From Akkermansiaceae bacterium (GTDB lineage: Bacteria; Verrucomicrobiota; Verrucomicrobiia; Verrucomicrobiales; Akkermansiaceae): 64,000 nucleotides of DNA. A program made the position numbers and the translations under genes. Within the stretch, counting starts at the first letter, position 1. The number at the start of each line of letters is the position of its first letter. Below, in pieces: positions 1 through 10,135 of this stretch. Where the stretch lies: positions 64,001 to 128,000 of the forward strand of contig JBPOGF010000002.1 of the NCBI GenBank assembly GCA_051251915.1. Reading direction: 5' to 3'. The notes under the pieces were generated by a model. It did no database searches, was not told the origin of the DNA, and was given only the letters and a program-made list of their open reading frames with translations.

Positions 1-36
1 CAGAGATGTAATGATCTATGTGTTTATTTTATCAAC

Positions 37-70
37 AAAAAGTCCGTTGCCTCTATGAGGACAACGGACT
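37..70 (-). terminator. Rho-independent terminator of the PEP-CTERM gene
   Basis: Inverted repeat agtccgttg...caacggact preceded by an A-run on + (U-tract on -), about 50 nt past the stop at 119. Confidence 0.75.
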
Positions 71-118
71 GAATAAGATAGATTTCCAGTGATTAGGAAA
101 ATGTTTAGTTAGCAACTA

Positions 119-865
119 CTACTTGCGGCGGCGTAGGATTAGGGCGAGGCTGCCTAGTCCGAGAAGTGCTGTTGATGATGGTTCTGGGACGACTACGAAA
201 TCAAAACCTTGGATGACAATGGCATCGTTACGGGTAAGGTCAGTCAGTGCAAGATCGAACGAATTCGTAAAAGCGAACGTTCCAACAGCATGGCTGAATG
301 TGTTCTGGGTGTTACCCGCATTATTGTCATCTCCAGCTAGAAGAATTGAACCTTGATCTACGCCGGATTGATTGACCACAAGAGTTGAAGTATTATCTGA
401 AGTTAGTGTGATGCTGTCCTGAGTTACATCTCCAAATGTTCCCCCAAATGAACCGTTAACGTCTTGGGACAACAAAGAAGTGAGCTGAATACTCTGGCCT
501 GCTCCTAGTCCGGTCACATTGCTGATTGTAAATGTGAGCACTTCTGAGGTGCCTCCAATGACATTGAGGAATGTTCCAGAGTTTTCAACAGTAGAACCTA
601 AGCCTCCATTTATTCTAACAATATCTCCAGATGCGCCGTTTGCGCCTCCCCCAGGATTAACCGCTGAGACTGTGACATCAAATGTAACGCCTGTTGAACC
701 CATATCTTGGGATGAGAAAACGAATCCGCCGCCGTTAACATTGCCGGAAGAACCTGCAGTGGTGAAGTCCACTAAGAGAGTTACAGCAGAAGCCATTGAT
801 GGGATCATTAGCGAGAGTAGAAAAATTGAATTTGATTTGAGTTTCATTTTTTTGGTGATTTTCAT
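119..865 (-). CDS. PEP-CTERM sorting-domain surface protein
   Basis: N-terminal signal peptide (..PSMASA); G/S/T/N-rich body; C-terminus VPEPSSTALLGLGSLALILRRRK. Confidence 0.92.
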   Translation of the reverse strand: MKITKKMKLKSNSIFLLSLMIPSMASAVTLLVDFTTAGSSGNVNGGGFVFSSQDMGSTGVTFDVTVSAVNPGGGANGASGDIVRINGGLGSTVENSGTFLNVIGGTSEVLTFTISNVTGLGAGQSIQLTSLLSQDVNGSFGGTFGDVTQDSITLTSDNTSTLVVNQSGVDQGSILLAGDDNNAGNTQNTFSHAVGTFAFTNSFDLALTDLTRNDAIVIQGFDFVVVPEPSSTALLGLGSLALILRRRK

Positions 866-939
866 ATTTTGTATGTGTTGTATTCAATAGGTGATTTTTA
901 TTTTCACTACTGGATCTTTAAGAGTCAGTGTGATCTGTC

Positions 940-983
940 ATACTATCTGGTCTTCCACGGGTGTCAACTGGTCAAATGACCAG
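940..983 (-). promoter_or_regulatory. sigma70-like promoter with adjacent 7-2-7 palindromic operator
   Basis: On - strand TTGACA (967-962), 16 nt spacer, TAGTAT (945-940); perfect palindrome CTGGTCA-AA-TGACCAG at 968-983 abuts the -35. Confidence 0.6.
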
Positions 984-1020
984 AATAGGGGATAGATGAC
1001 ACAAATATCTTTGCAAAAAA

Positions 1021-1656
1021 CTAAATGATTCCTGATCTAAATGCTTTAGCTACAGCTCCTGACTGGGAGTGGACTTGTAGTTTGCGGTAGATGTTTTCTA
1101 GGTGGAAGGCTGCGGTGCGGCGGCTGACGCCGAGTTGAGCAGCGATTTCCTTGATGGAGTGATCAGCGGCTAGGAGGTGGAGCACTTCGTGCTCGCGTTC
1201 GGTGAGATTGAACTCCTCGTTGGAGGTGGGTTTACGCATTTCATCTAGGACAATTTTGGCGACAGCTGGGCTCAAGGCGGCTGCTCCGTGGAAGACTTGT
1301 TGTATTCCTTGGATGATTTCTGCGCCGGTTGCTGTTTTGAGTAGGTAGCCAGCGGCACCGGCATCGAGAGCTTCTAGGACTTTCTCTTTTTCTTGGAATA
1401 CGGTGATGACGATGACTGCGACATCAGAAGCTAGTATGGCGAGCTTGCGGATGCCTTCGACGCCATTCATGCCAGGAAGACCTAGATCCATGAGGATTAG
1501 GTCAGGGTGTCCATGGGTTTTTAGGGCATCAAACATGTCGATGCAAGAAGGGAACACGCGACTACAATGAATGCTGTCCTCGTTATTGAACAAGCTTTTG
1601 AGCGTGCGGCGGTAACTTGCGTCATCTTCTACTATCCATGTTATGATTGGTGTCAT
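1021..1656 (-). CDS. NarL/LuxR-family response regulator
   Basis: Receiver motifs VEDD, ILMDLGLPGMNG, GYLLK; C-terminal LTEREHEVL...KEIA...H..NIYRKL HTH. Confidence 0.95.
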   Translation of the reverse strand: MTPIITWIVEDDASYRRTLKSLFNNEDSIHCSRVFPSCIDMFDALKTHGHPDLILMDLGLPGMNGVEGIRKLAILASDVAVIVITVFQEKEKVLEALDAGAAGYLLKTATGAEIIQGIQQVFHGAAALSPAVAKIVLDEMRKPTSNEEFNLTEREHEVLHLLAADHSIKEIAAQLGVSRRTAAFHLENIYRKLQVHSQSGAVAKAFRSGII

Positions 1657-1658
1657 CG

Positions 1659-3764
1659 TTAATTTGAGGTTTTATAGCTATTGTTTGGTTCTTTGGAAAG
1701 AGCGGACATTGGGACGGTTAATACGATCGTAGTTCCTTTTGCTGGAGTTGAGCTCAGATCCATGTGGCCACCTATTTCTTGCGCACGTTGTTTCATGCTA
1801 CCGAGCCCCCAGCCGTCTAATTTTTTCGATGTGTCAAAGCCTCTACCGTTATCGCTTACTGTAATCTGTATCTTTCTTATTGGTCGCTGAATCTCTGAGA
1901 CTGAGAATTTCACTTGGGTGGCATGTGCATGACGTGCGCTATTATGGATGAGTTCCTTGAAGAACATGATCATATGACGTTTAATGGGCAGTGAGATAAT
2001 CTCATCTGGACAGTCGTCTGGAATTTCTACGGTCACTTCTGCTCCATTCAAGACTCTTTCTGCTCGCTCGGTGAGTTTCTGCACCAGAGCTGGCAGACGG
2101 ATCAATTTCTGATCCACCAGCCAAACTACTTCTCTAAGTGAGACGCATGCTTCACGGGTCATGAGAGCGAGATCAAACATACCTGCTTTCATGCGGTCAC
2201 TGCGGGCGACTCCTTCTAGCTGTCCAGCCATGAGGGAAATACTGCCTAGATTGCTGCCTACTTCATCATGCAGGTCAGCATAGATCTGTCTGCGTAGTCT
2301 ATTTTCTGCCTTTCTTCTACTTTGTAGCATGAACCATGCAAAGGCTAGAATTCCGGTCAAGGTCAGGGCCACTGAGGCGATTAAGGCACGCTTGCTAATG
2401 CGCTGCCAGCGATCTTTCAGCAGGGAGCGCTCGGCTTTTAGCATAACAAGCCTAGACTCGTGGCTTTTACCCGCGGCTAGTTGTTGGAACCAATCAGGCA
2501 GCGAAAGAATGTTCTGGCCGCTTACTTTACCATCAATGAGTGTTCCAAGGTCGAAATTCATCTCTGGGTCTAGTCCTCGGAGTGATACTCGGGCACCCTG
2601 CGATAGAATCTTTTTTCCTTTGATGATTTCGATCTCGCCTAGGGAAAAAACAGCCTGCTCTTGATATAGGGGGAAATCATTAAATTCGATCTCAAGAGCG
2701 TGCAATTTTCTAGTGCTTCCAGGAAGGCGGACCATGTTATTGTCGTATTTTCCAAGTATTGACCATTCATTTATGGGGGTACGACGACGGTAGTCATTGC
2801 TGCCATTTTTCTTCCTTAGTAGGTAGAATTTCACTGAATTTGGGAATCCATAGCCAGGGACATCAATGCCATCAGGATTCTGCCCTGGAAAAAGGTTTAT
2901 CCAACCTAGCTCCTCTAATTTATCTAATTCCACCCGAATAATGAGTGGCTGATCTAGGTGAGAGGAAGGAAGGTTCATGATCAGATTCTCTCCACCTACG
3001 TTTGTTGCTGAGAGTGGCATTCCAAGGGTTTGGCGTTGAGATGCTAGATATTTTTTTCCCCAGTAAGGTGCGGATTCATAGCTAGATGAAGCCGCGATTA
3101 TCCTTGTCAGTTGTTGTTCCCCCTGCCGTATGGGATGAATTCTGCCCAGTGTGAAAAACTCGACTCCATTTTCTTCATGTCCAGCAAAGACCTCTAGGAG
3201 CAATTGAGTTGTGGGCATTTCACCTTCTGGGAAACTAAAATACACTGGCCGCATTCCTGGGTTTGGGAAATCCTCAGTTGTCCAGTCTACTAACACTTTG
3301 TTTGTATTACCAAAGCGATCTAGGGAACAGATTCTAAAGCGCTTAGGAAACGCGTAGCCTTTTAGGTCTGAGGAGCGTTGATCGATTGCAGGTAATAATA
3401 CCACCGCCATGGTTGGATTTGTTCCTGCACCAAATTTGATCTTCCACAACGGTTCTTCTGGTAAGCCATTAACGGCCGGTATGTAATCAGAGTGGTAGCC
3501 AAAGGAATCAAGTTGTTTAGCAGTCTGTAGCGGGGCCAGAGCATTGAGGGCTTGTTCCTCCTGTTTTATGAGTTCAGCTAATTTCTCTAATCGGTTACGG
3601 ATTTGAAACATAGAGACCTCTGTAGTCTGAGAAACTTCAGAGGCTTGCTGTGGGCGAAGAGGATCCGAGTATGGCTCGTTGGCCTGTGCCTCGACCCAGA
3701 AACAAGCAAGTATGCTGATGAGGCTCATCAGACGGGATAATTGCTTGGTTTTAGGGTTTGGCAT
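1659..3764 (-). CDS. Sensor histidine kinase (HisKA_3 type) with large extracytoplasmic domain
   Basis: Signal peptide; TM near aa 460-480; H-box ADLHDEVGSNL; N-box ELIHNSARHA; DNGRGF and GWGLGSMKQRA G boxes. Confidence 0.92.
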   Translation of the reverse strand: MPNPKTKQLSRLMSLISILACFWVEAQANEPYSDPLRPQQASEVSQTTEVSMFQIRNRLEKLAELIKQEEQALNALAPLQTAKQLDSFGYHSDYIPAVNGLPEEPLWKIKFGAGTNPTMAVVLLPAIDQRSSDLKGYAFPKRFRICSLDRFGNTNKVLVDWTTEDFPNPGMRPVYFSFPEGEMPTTQLLLEVFAGHEENGVEFFTLGRIHPIRQGEQQLTRIIAASSSYESAPYWGKKYLASQRQTLGMPLSATNVGGENLIMNLPSSHLDQPLIIRVELDKLEELGWINLFPGQNPDGIDVPGYGFPNSVKFYLLRKKNGSNDYRRRTPINEWSILGKYDNNMVRLPGSTRKLHALEIEFNDFPLYQEQAVFSLGEIEIIKGKKILSQGARVSLRGLDPEMNFDLGTLIDGKVSGQNILSLPDWFQQLAAGKSHESRLVMLKAERSLLKDRWQRISKRALIASVALTLTGILAFAWFMLQSRRKAENRLRRQIYADLHDEVGSNLGSISLMAGQLEGVARSDRMKAGMFDLALMTREACVSLREVVWLVDQKLIRLPALVQKLTERAERVLNGAEVTVEIPDDCPDEIISLPIKRHMIMFFKELIHNSARHAHATQVKFSVSEIQRPIRKIQITVSDNGRGFDTSKKLDGWGLGSMKQRAQEIGGHMDLSSTPAKGTTIVLTVPMSALSKEPNNSYKTSN

Positions 3765-3788
3765 TACGTTATTTTCTGGTGTCTGGGG

Positions 3789-5267
3789 TTATTTCCAGAG
3801 TTTAAGATTAGGCTTATCGTTTTTCTGTTGGGGACCAGTGTTGCTGCGGCCGGTTGTGACGTAGGTTTCGAACTGTTTGAATAGGCGTTCTACTTGTTCT
3901 GGGTTTTTGTCGAAGAGGTTTTTGGTTTCTCCTGGGTCGGTTTCTAGGTCGTAGAGTTGGCCTTTGGTGTTACTTTTAGGGGTTGCTGACCAGCCTCCCG
4001 AGCCTTTGGTGAGGATTAGTTTCCATTTGCCTTGGCGGTAAGCGAAGTGGCCTTTGATGGAGTGGTTGATGATGCCTTTGCGGGTGGTTTCTATTTGTTT
4101 GCCTGTGAGTGCGGGGACGATGCTGACGCTGTCCTCGGCGGCATTTGCTGGGATTTCTGCGCCGGCTAGGTCTGCGCAGGTTGCCATGAAGTCTGTGAGG
4201 CAGATGATTTCATGGCTTGTGGTGGCTGGCTTGATTTTGGCTGGCCATTTGATGATGAATGGGACGCGGTGTCCGCCTTCCCAGATGTCTGATTTGTAGC
4301 CTCGGTATTGGGCGCTGGGGTAGTGGCCTTTTGCTTCGAGTTCTGTTGCTCCGGCTTGTTTGGCGGAGCAGCCGTTGTCGCTGGAGACGAGGAGGAGGGT
4401 GTTATTGGTGAGGCCTTTGGCGTCTAGGGCTTTGACGATGGTGCCGACGAAGTTATCTGTCTGCATCATGAAGTCACCGTAGTCACCGAGGCCGCTTTTG
4501 CCTTGCCATTTTTCTGTGGGGACGATGGGTGTGTGTGGTGATGGGAGTGAGAGGTAGGCGAAGAAGGGTTTGTCTTTGGATTGTTGGTTGATGTAGGCGA
4601 CGGATTTTTCTGCTAGTTCGTCTAGGACGTTGATGACTTTGAAGTCTGGGTGTGCGGGGCCTTGGCGGTTGGGGTGGGGTTCTATTTCTACGGTTGCTTC
4701 GCCTACGAATTTGTTGTTTTCTATGTAGATGTATGGAGGCATGTCTAGGGAGCCGGCGATGCCGAAGAAGTAGTCGAATCCGAGGGTGTGTGGGCCGTTG
4801 GCGATGGTGCCTTTCCAGTCTACTTTTGCTTTTCCTGGACCTTTTGGAAGGGTCATGCCGATGTGCCATTTGCCGATCATGCCGGTGTTGTAGCCGGCTT
4901 TTTTTAGCATGCTGGCGACTGTGAGGCGGTTTAGTGGGATGAGTGGTTTGCCGTAGCCGTTGAGGACGCCGGCGCTTTTCTTGGTGCGCCAGCAGTAGCG
5001 GCCTGTGATGACGCTGTAGCGGGATGGGGTGCAGACGGATGAGCTGGTGTGGGCGTCTGTGAAGGTGATGCCGTCTGCGGCGAGTTTGTCGGTGTGTGGG
5101 GTGGGGATTTTTCCGCGTTCTGGGTTGAGGGTGTGGACGTCTCCGTAGCCCATGTCGTCTGCGAAGATGAAGACGATGTTGGGGCGTGGGGCTGGGGGTA
5201 AGGTTTCAGTCTGTGCTGTGGCTGTGAGTGTGGTGGTGGCTGCGAGTAGTGGTAGATAGAGTTTCAT
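3789..5267 (-). CDS. Formylglycine-dependent (S1) sulfatase, arylsulfatase-like
   Basis: PNIVFIFADDMG, CTPSRYSVITG, GKWHIG, SDNG; signal peptide. Confidence 0.95.
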   Translation of the reverse strand: MKLYLPLLAATTTLTATAQTETLPPAPRPNIVFIFADDMGYGDVHTLNPERGKIPTPHTDKLAADGITFTDAHTSSSVCTPSRYSVITGRYCWRTKKSAGVLNGYGKPLIPLNRLTVASMLKKAGYNTGMIGKWHIGMTLPKGPGKAKVDWKGTIANGPHTLGFDYFFGIAGSLDMPPYIYIENNKFVGEATVEIEPHPNRQGPAHPDFKVINVLDELAEKSVAYINQQSKDKPFFAYLSLPSPHTPIVPTEKWQGKSGLGDYGDFMMQTDNFVGTIVKALDAKGLTNNTLLLVSSDNGCSAKQAGATELEAKGHYPSAQYRGYKSDIWEGGHRVPFIIKWPAKIKPATTSHEIICLTDFMATCADLAGAEIPANAAEDSVSIVPALTGKQIETTRKGIINHSIKGHFAYRQGKWKLILTKGSGGWSATPKSNTKGQLYDLETDPGETKNLFDKNPEQVERLFKQFETYVTTGRSNTGPQQKNDKPNLKLWK

Positions 5268-6743
5268 TTACTTTCTTTCTGTTAGAGTTTTTGGATCATT
5301 TACCAGTCCTGGTGTGCGGGTGTTTTGTTTTAGATTGGTTTGGAAGGTTTTGGCGTAGGTGGTGAGTTGTTTGGCGATTTCTGGGTGGGTTTGGATGAGG
5401 TTGTTTGCTTCAGCTTTGTCGTCTTCTAGGTTGTAGAGGGCCATGGTGGGGGAGCTGGAGGCTTTGCCGCGTTTGTTGTTAGATTTTGTTCCTGCTTTGT
5501 GGGGCTTGCCGATGTGGAGTTTCCATTTGCCGGAGCGGATGGCTTTGAGGGAGTTGCCTTTGAAGTAGTAGAAGGCTTGGTGGGGGGATGGGGCGTTGGT
5601 TGTTAGGGCGGGGAGGATGTCTTTGCCGTCGATGATGCGGTCGGTGGGGATTTCTGCGGAGGCTAGTTTTGTGAAGGTGGGGAGGAGATCCATGGCGGTC
5701 ATTAGGGTGTTGATGGATTGGCCAGCGGGGATGTTGCCAGGCCAACGGATGACGGTGGGGACGCGCTGGCCTGCTTCGTAGGAGCTGCCTTTGCCTCCGG
5801 TGAGGGGGGCGGTTTTTCCTACGGATGGGCCGTTGTCTGAGGTGAAGATGACGAGGGTTTTTTGGTCGATGTTGTGGGCTTTTAGGGAGGTTAGGATTTG
5901 GCCTACTGACCAGTCGATCTCGGTGATGGAGTGGTTGTAGATTTTGTCGCGGGTGAAGTAGTCGATGCCTTGTTCGTCTTTTAGTTTTTCTTTTAGTTCA
6001 TCTGGGATGTCTTTCATGAATGGGGGTGACATGTGGATGGGGCGGTGTGGGATGGGGTGTGGGATGTAGAGGAAGAAGGGTTCGTCTTTGTGACGGGTGA
6101 TGAAGTCGACGGCGCGTTCTGTGATGCGTTTTGTGAGGTAGTCTGCGTCTGGTGCTACCTCGATGACTTTTTCCATTTCCATGAGGGGGAGTGGTGGGAA
6201 GTTGTGCTTTTTGTTGTTGGTGTGGAAGGGGTGGATGTCGTGGCTGTAGGGGAGGCCGAAGAATTCGTCGAAGCCTTGGCGGGTGGGGAGGAATTCTGGT
6301 TGGTCGCCGAGGTGCCATTTGCCGAAGATGCCGGTTTTGTAGCCGACGGATTTGAGGGTTTCTGCGATGGTGATTTCGTCTGGGTTGAGGCCGTTTTTGT
6401 CACCTGCGAAGAAGACGCCTGCTGCTAGGCCGAGGCGCTTGGGATAGCTGCCGGTCATGAGGGCGGCGCGGGATGGGGTGCAGACGGAGCCTGCGACGTA
6501 GAAGTCGGTGAGCTTGGCACCTTCTGCGGCCATTAGGTCGATGTTGGGGGTTTTGACGTGGTTGCCGCCGAAGCATCCTAGGTCTGCGTAGCCTTGGTCA
6601 TCTGTGAGGATGATGATGAAGTTTGGTTTGTCTGCGGCTTTGCGAGTGGTGCTGGGAGTCTCTGCGGCCAATGCAGAATGGATTACGCCTAATGTTAGAG
6701 CTAGTGCGAGGGTCGTGAGTTTGAGCGGGATGAAATTTTGCAT
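5268..6743 (-). CDS. S1 sulfatase
   Basis: PNFIIILTDDQG, CTPSRAALMTG, GKWHLG, SDNG; its stop abuts the next start codon. Confidence 0.95.
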   Translation of the reverse strand: MQNFIPLKLTTLALALTLGVIHSALAAETPSTTRKAADKPNFIIILTDDQGYADLGCFGGNHVKTPNIDLMAAEGAKLTDFYVAGSVCTPSRAALMTGSYPKRLGLAAGVFFAGDKNGLNPDEITIAETLKSVGYKTGIFGKWHLGDQPEFLPTRQGFDEFFGLPYSHDIHPFHTNNKKHNFPPLPLMEMEKVIEVAPDADYLTKRITERAVDFITRHKDEPFFLYIPHPIPHRPIHMSPPFMKDIPDELKEKLKDEQGIDYFTRDKIYNHSITEIDWSVGQILTSLKAHNIDQKTLVIFTSDNGPSVGKTAPLTGGKGSSYEAGQRVPTVIRWPGNIPAGQSINTLMTAMDLLPTFTKLASAEIPTDRIIDGKDILPALTTNAPSPHQAFYYFKGNSLKAIRSGKWKLHIGKPHKAGTKSNNKRGKASSSPTMALYNLEDDKAEANNLIQTHPEIAKQLTTYAKTFQTNLKQNTRTPGLVNDPKTLTERK

Positions 6744-6913
6744 TAGGGAATTTATATGTGAGAAATTCTAGAGAACTAGCATTTTAGCTAGTTAAGCAAA
6801 CTAGTCTATGGGGACACTGGCTCAAGCAAAATAGTTGGATATTTTGTCATACAAATTACCTCCATAGGATACAATCACCTAGGTTCTTCTTACATAGAGA
6901 TGACGGAGGTGAA

Positions 6914-8173
6914 TTACTTCTTGTTGATCGTAAGTAAGGCGTCTGCGAATGCTTTGCCGGCTTGGGCGTGGAATTTGGCTGAGCCTTCGTAGTGGATGAA
7001 TCCGCCGATGGCTGTGGCTCGTTGCCAGAGGGTTATTTCTTCTGGGGTGAGGACGGTGGCGCGGAATTTTTCGGTGTGTTCTCTGCGTTGGTCTAGGGTC
7101 ATGTAGCCGTCTGCGTTTGGGAAGTCTGGGTGTTTTTTTGCTAGTTTTTGTGCGTATGCTTTTACTTTGAGTTGTTTTTGGGAGATGCGGCCGATGGAGT
7201 CTTCGACGAATGGGGCGGTCTGGACTGCGGTGACGGTGTCTTTGAATTCTGGCATGTGGGCTGGTGCGGCGACGGCTTTACGGAAGAGTTTCATGCGGTC
7301 TTCAGCGTTGTTTGGTGCTTTGAATGTGCCTGGGGTGTAGTTTCCGTAGACTCCGATGACGCCTAGGGCGAAGGGGAGAGTTGGGGCTTTGAGGTCTTTG
7401 CGGACGTCGCGGATGAACTGCGCTAGGAGTTGGCTATAGAGGTGGTATTGTTTTTCACCTTTGGAGTTTGGGTATGTGCCGAGGTCGACGAAGTCATTCC
7501 AGCCTTGGAACCAGACGAAGCCTGAGAGTTCATAGCCTGCTTGTGGGTCGTATTCTGGGTAGACGCGTTTGATGTCGGTGAGGACTTTCTGGACGTGGTC
7601 TATCATGTAGCGGTAGTTTCTGCCGGTGGCTTCTTTCTTCTGTGCTTTGAATGTTTCTAGCTTGCCGCTGGCGGTGTATTTTTCGATTTGTTCTTGGTTG
7701 AGTTCGTAGGGGCCTGAGCCTGGGGAGCGGTAGTCTGCGTTGAGGTTTTGGCCGCCCCATGCGGTTTTGATGATGAGGATGGGGCCGTCGTATGCTTCTT
7801 CCATGGTGATGCCGAAGAGGTATTCTGGGCCGATGAATTCGTCTGGCTGGGTGGGGTCTTGTCTGCGGACGCCGTAGCCGGCTGTTAGTTTGCCGAAGCC
7901 TTCTGCTCCTGGTTGGTTCATTTTGCCGTTGAGTGATGAGATCCAGACTCGGTCGAGGGTTTTTGGTTTGCCGTCAGGGGTGAGCATTTTTTTGAGGAGT
8001 GGGGCGGCTTTCGGGTCGTCACCGATGTGTGGGAAGGTGTCGATGCCGCCGGTGCCTACCATGTTAGATTGGCCTGCCATGATGAAAATTTTGAGTGGTT
8101 TCTTTGCGAGGGCTGGGGTGATGGAGCAAAGGGCAATCATGGTGGTGATGATGATTTTAGAGATGTGGATCAT
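6914..8173 (-). CDS. Sialate O-acetylesterase-like (SASA/DUF303) carbohydrate esterase
   Basis: AGQSNM block I, IIKTAWGG, WFQGWND, C-terminal His; signal peptide. Confidence 0.8.
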   Translation of the reverse strand: MIHISKIIITTMIALCSITPALAKKPLKIFIMAGQSNMVGTGGIDTFPHIGDDPKAAPLLKKMLTPDGKPKTLDRVWISSLNGKMNQPGAEGFGKLTAGYGVRRQDPTQPDEFIGPEYLFGITMEEAYDGPILIIKTAWGGQNLNADYRSPGSGPYELNQEQIEKYTASGKLETFKAQKKEATGRNYRYMIDHVQKVLTDIKRVYPEYDPQAGYELSGFVWFQGWNDFVDLGTYPNSKGEKQYHLYSQLLAQFIRDVRKDLKAPTLPFALGVIGVYGNYTPGTFKAPNNAEDRMKLFRKAVAAPAHMPEFKDTVTAVQTAPFVEDSIGRISQKQLKVKAYAQKLAKKHPDFPNADGYMTLDQRREHTEKFRATVLTPEEITLWQRATAIGGFIHYEGSAKFHAQAGKAFADALLTINKK

Positions 8174-8343
8174 ATTTTCTTTTCTATGTTATGCTTTGGC
8201 TAATGTTGCTTTTTTGAGGATTAGGTCAAGCGTTAGATGGGTATGAAATTTGGAAGGTAGCGGCTTAGGCTTGGTAGTTTTTGAAATTGGTGTAGGGTGC
8301 GGGTGTAATTTAATTTAAACCTTACATCTAGTTAGAAAGTCTT

Positions 8344-9105
8344 ATGGAATATAGTGTAGAATATGATGTGTCTTATTTGGACGGGTCTGTGAATCCGAGT
8401 CATCGGTTAGATATTTATAGGCCTGCGAATGCGGGTGGAGGGAAGTTACCTGCGGTGGTTTATTTCCATGGTGGAGGTTGGGAGGCTGGGAATAAGAGTA
8501 CGGCTGTGGCGCGGTTTAAGCATTTTTATGATACGGGGTATATTTTGATTTCGGTGGGGTATAGGTTGAGCCGTGAGGCGATATGGCCGGCTATGATGGA
8601 TGATGTTGTTGCTGCTTTGGATTTTGTTCAGAGTGGGATTCCTGATGTGGATGCTGGGCGGGTGGCGCTGTGGGGGTCTTCTGCTGGGGGGCATTTGGCG
8701 GCGTTGCTGGCTGGGGGGTGTAGGAGTGAGGGGATGCCTGATGTGAGGTGTCTGATCAATTATTGTGCTCCGGTGACGTTGGATGTGTTTGTGGAGCATT
8801 TGTCTGAGGAGGCTAGGGTGGGGTCTCCTTTGCTGAAGTTGTTTGGGGGGGATCATGCGCGGACTTCTGAGATGGCGCGGGATGCGACGGTGACGAATTG
8901 GGTGAGTCCTGGTTATCCGCCGACGTTGTCGGTGCATGGTGATAGGGATATGGTGGTGCCGATGGATCAGTCTGAGATTTTGACTGGTTTGATCCTGAGG
9001 GCTGGGTCAGTGGCTGAGCTGTTCGTTGCTGAGGGTTCTGAGCATAGGGTGGATAGTGATGTGGTAAGGGGGAGGGTGAAGGAGTTTTTGGGGAGGTATT
9101 TGTAG
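8344..9105 (+). CDS. Alpha/beta hydrolase (acetyl esterase/lipase, HSL-like)
   Basis: HGGGW oxyanion motif, GSSAGG nucleophile elbow, HGDRD..VP, terminal His. Confidence 0.88.
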   Translation: MEYSVEYDVSYLDGSVNPSHRLDIYRPANAGGGKLPAVVYFHGGGWEAGNKSTAVARFKHFYDTGYILISVGYRLSREAIWPAMMDDVVAALDFVQSGIPDVDAGRVALWGSSAGGHLAALLAGGCRSEGMPDVRCLINYCAPVTLDVFVEHLSEEARVGSPLLKLFGGDHARTSEMARDATVTNWVSPGYPPTLSVHGDRDMVVPMDQSEILTGLILRAGSVAELFVAEGSEHRVDSDVVRGRVKEFLGRYL

Positions 9106-9118
9106 GGATTATGGTGAG

Positions 9119-10126
9119 TTAGTCTTCGGTGGTCATTTGATGCCAGAGGGGGGTGGTGAGTTGTTGGGGGGTGTTTTGGTGGTCTAGGTAGTGGAGGCTG
9201 GCGGTAAGGTTTTGGGAGGTGGCTAGGTGGTGGGCTTTTTCTTTACCTAGGATGAAGAGGGCGGTTGCCCAGGCGTCTGCGAGGAGGCAGGTGGGGGCGA
9301 TGACGGTGACGGCTGTAAGGTCAGATTGGGAGGAGGTGGCGGTGTGGGGGTCGATGAGGTGGTGGATGGTTTTTCCGTGTTGATTTTTTGTTTGGATGGC
9401 GGGGCCGGAGGTGGCGATGGAGATGCCGCTGAGGGCGACTAGGGTCTGGGTGTCTTTTTTCTGGTTGCAGGTGGGGTCTAGGGTGGTCCACCAAGGTTGG
9501 CCGTCTGGTTTGCAGCCGGAGCCACGTAGTTCTCCGCCGACTTCTAGGAGGTAGTTATTGATGGCGAGGGATTCTAGGGCGAGGGCGGCTTTGTCTACGG
9601 CGGTGCCTTTGGCGATGGAGGAGAGGTCTAGGTGGCAGTTGCCGGCGTGGCTGATGGAGTGGGTGGTGGGGTGGAGGGTGATGTCTTGCCAGGTGGAGGG
9701 TTTGGAGTGGGGGGAGGATTGTTTGTCCTGGTGGTTATTTGGGCCGAAGCCTAGTTGGTTTACGATGTGGCCGATGGTGGGGTCGTATGCGCCGTGGGTG
9801 AGGGTGGAGATTTGTAGGGCGGTGGTGAGGGTTAGGTAGAAGTCTGGGGAGATTTTTAGTGGTTCTTCGGCGGGGAGGTTGTTGAAGGTGGAGAGTTCTG
9901 AGGTGGGGTCCCAGTGGCTCATTTGGTCGATGATGTTAGAGAAGGTTTTTTCGATGGTTGTTCTAACAGTTTGGTCGGAGGTGTGGGTGGGTTTTTGGTA
10001 GGTGAGCTTCCAGTAGGTGCCCATGGTTTCACCGTGGAGGGTGGAAATGGAAAGCCCTGACCCGGCTCCGAGGAGCGAGTCAGGGGTGATGGTAAGGGGG
10101 ATGAGGATAGTGCGAGTGGGAGGCAT
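9119..10126 (-). CDS. apbE: FAD:protein FMN transferase
   Basis: TMGT, DPTIG, LDLSSIAKG..VD, EVGGE, ATSG, HLIDP, ADAWATA motifs. Confidence 0.9.
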   Translation of the reverse strand: MPPTRTILIPLTITPDSLLGAGSGLSISTLHGETMGTYWKLTYQKPTHTSDQTVRTTIEKTFSNIIDQMSHWDPTSELSTFNNLPAEEPLKISPDFYLTLTTALQISTLTHGAYDPTIGHIVNQLGFGPNNHQDKQSSPHSKPSTWQDITLHPTTHSISHAGNCHLDLSSIAKGTAVDKAALALESLAINNYLLEVGGELRGSGCKPDGQPWWTTLDPTCNQKKDTQTLVALSGISIATSGPAIQTKNQHGKTIHHLIDPHTATSSQSDLTAVTVIAPTCLLADAWATALFILGKEKAHHLATSQNLTASLHYLDHQNTPQQLTTPLWHQMTTED

Positions 10127-10135
10127 TAGGGTTTA

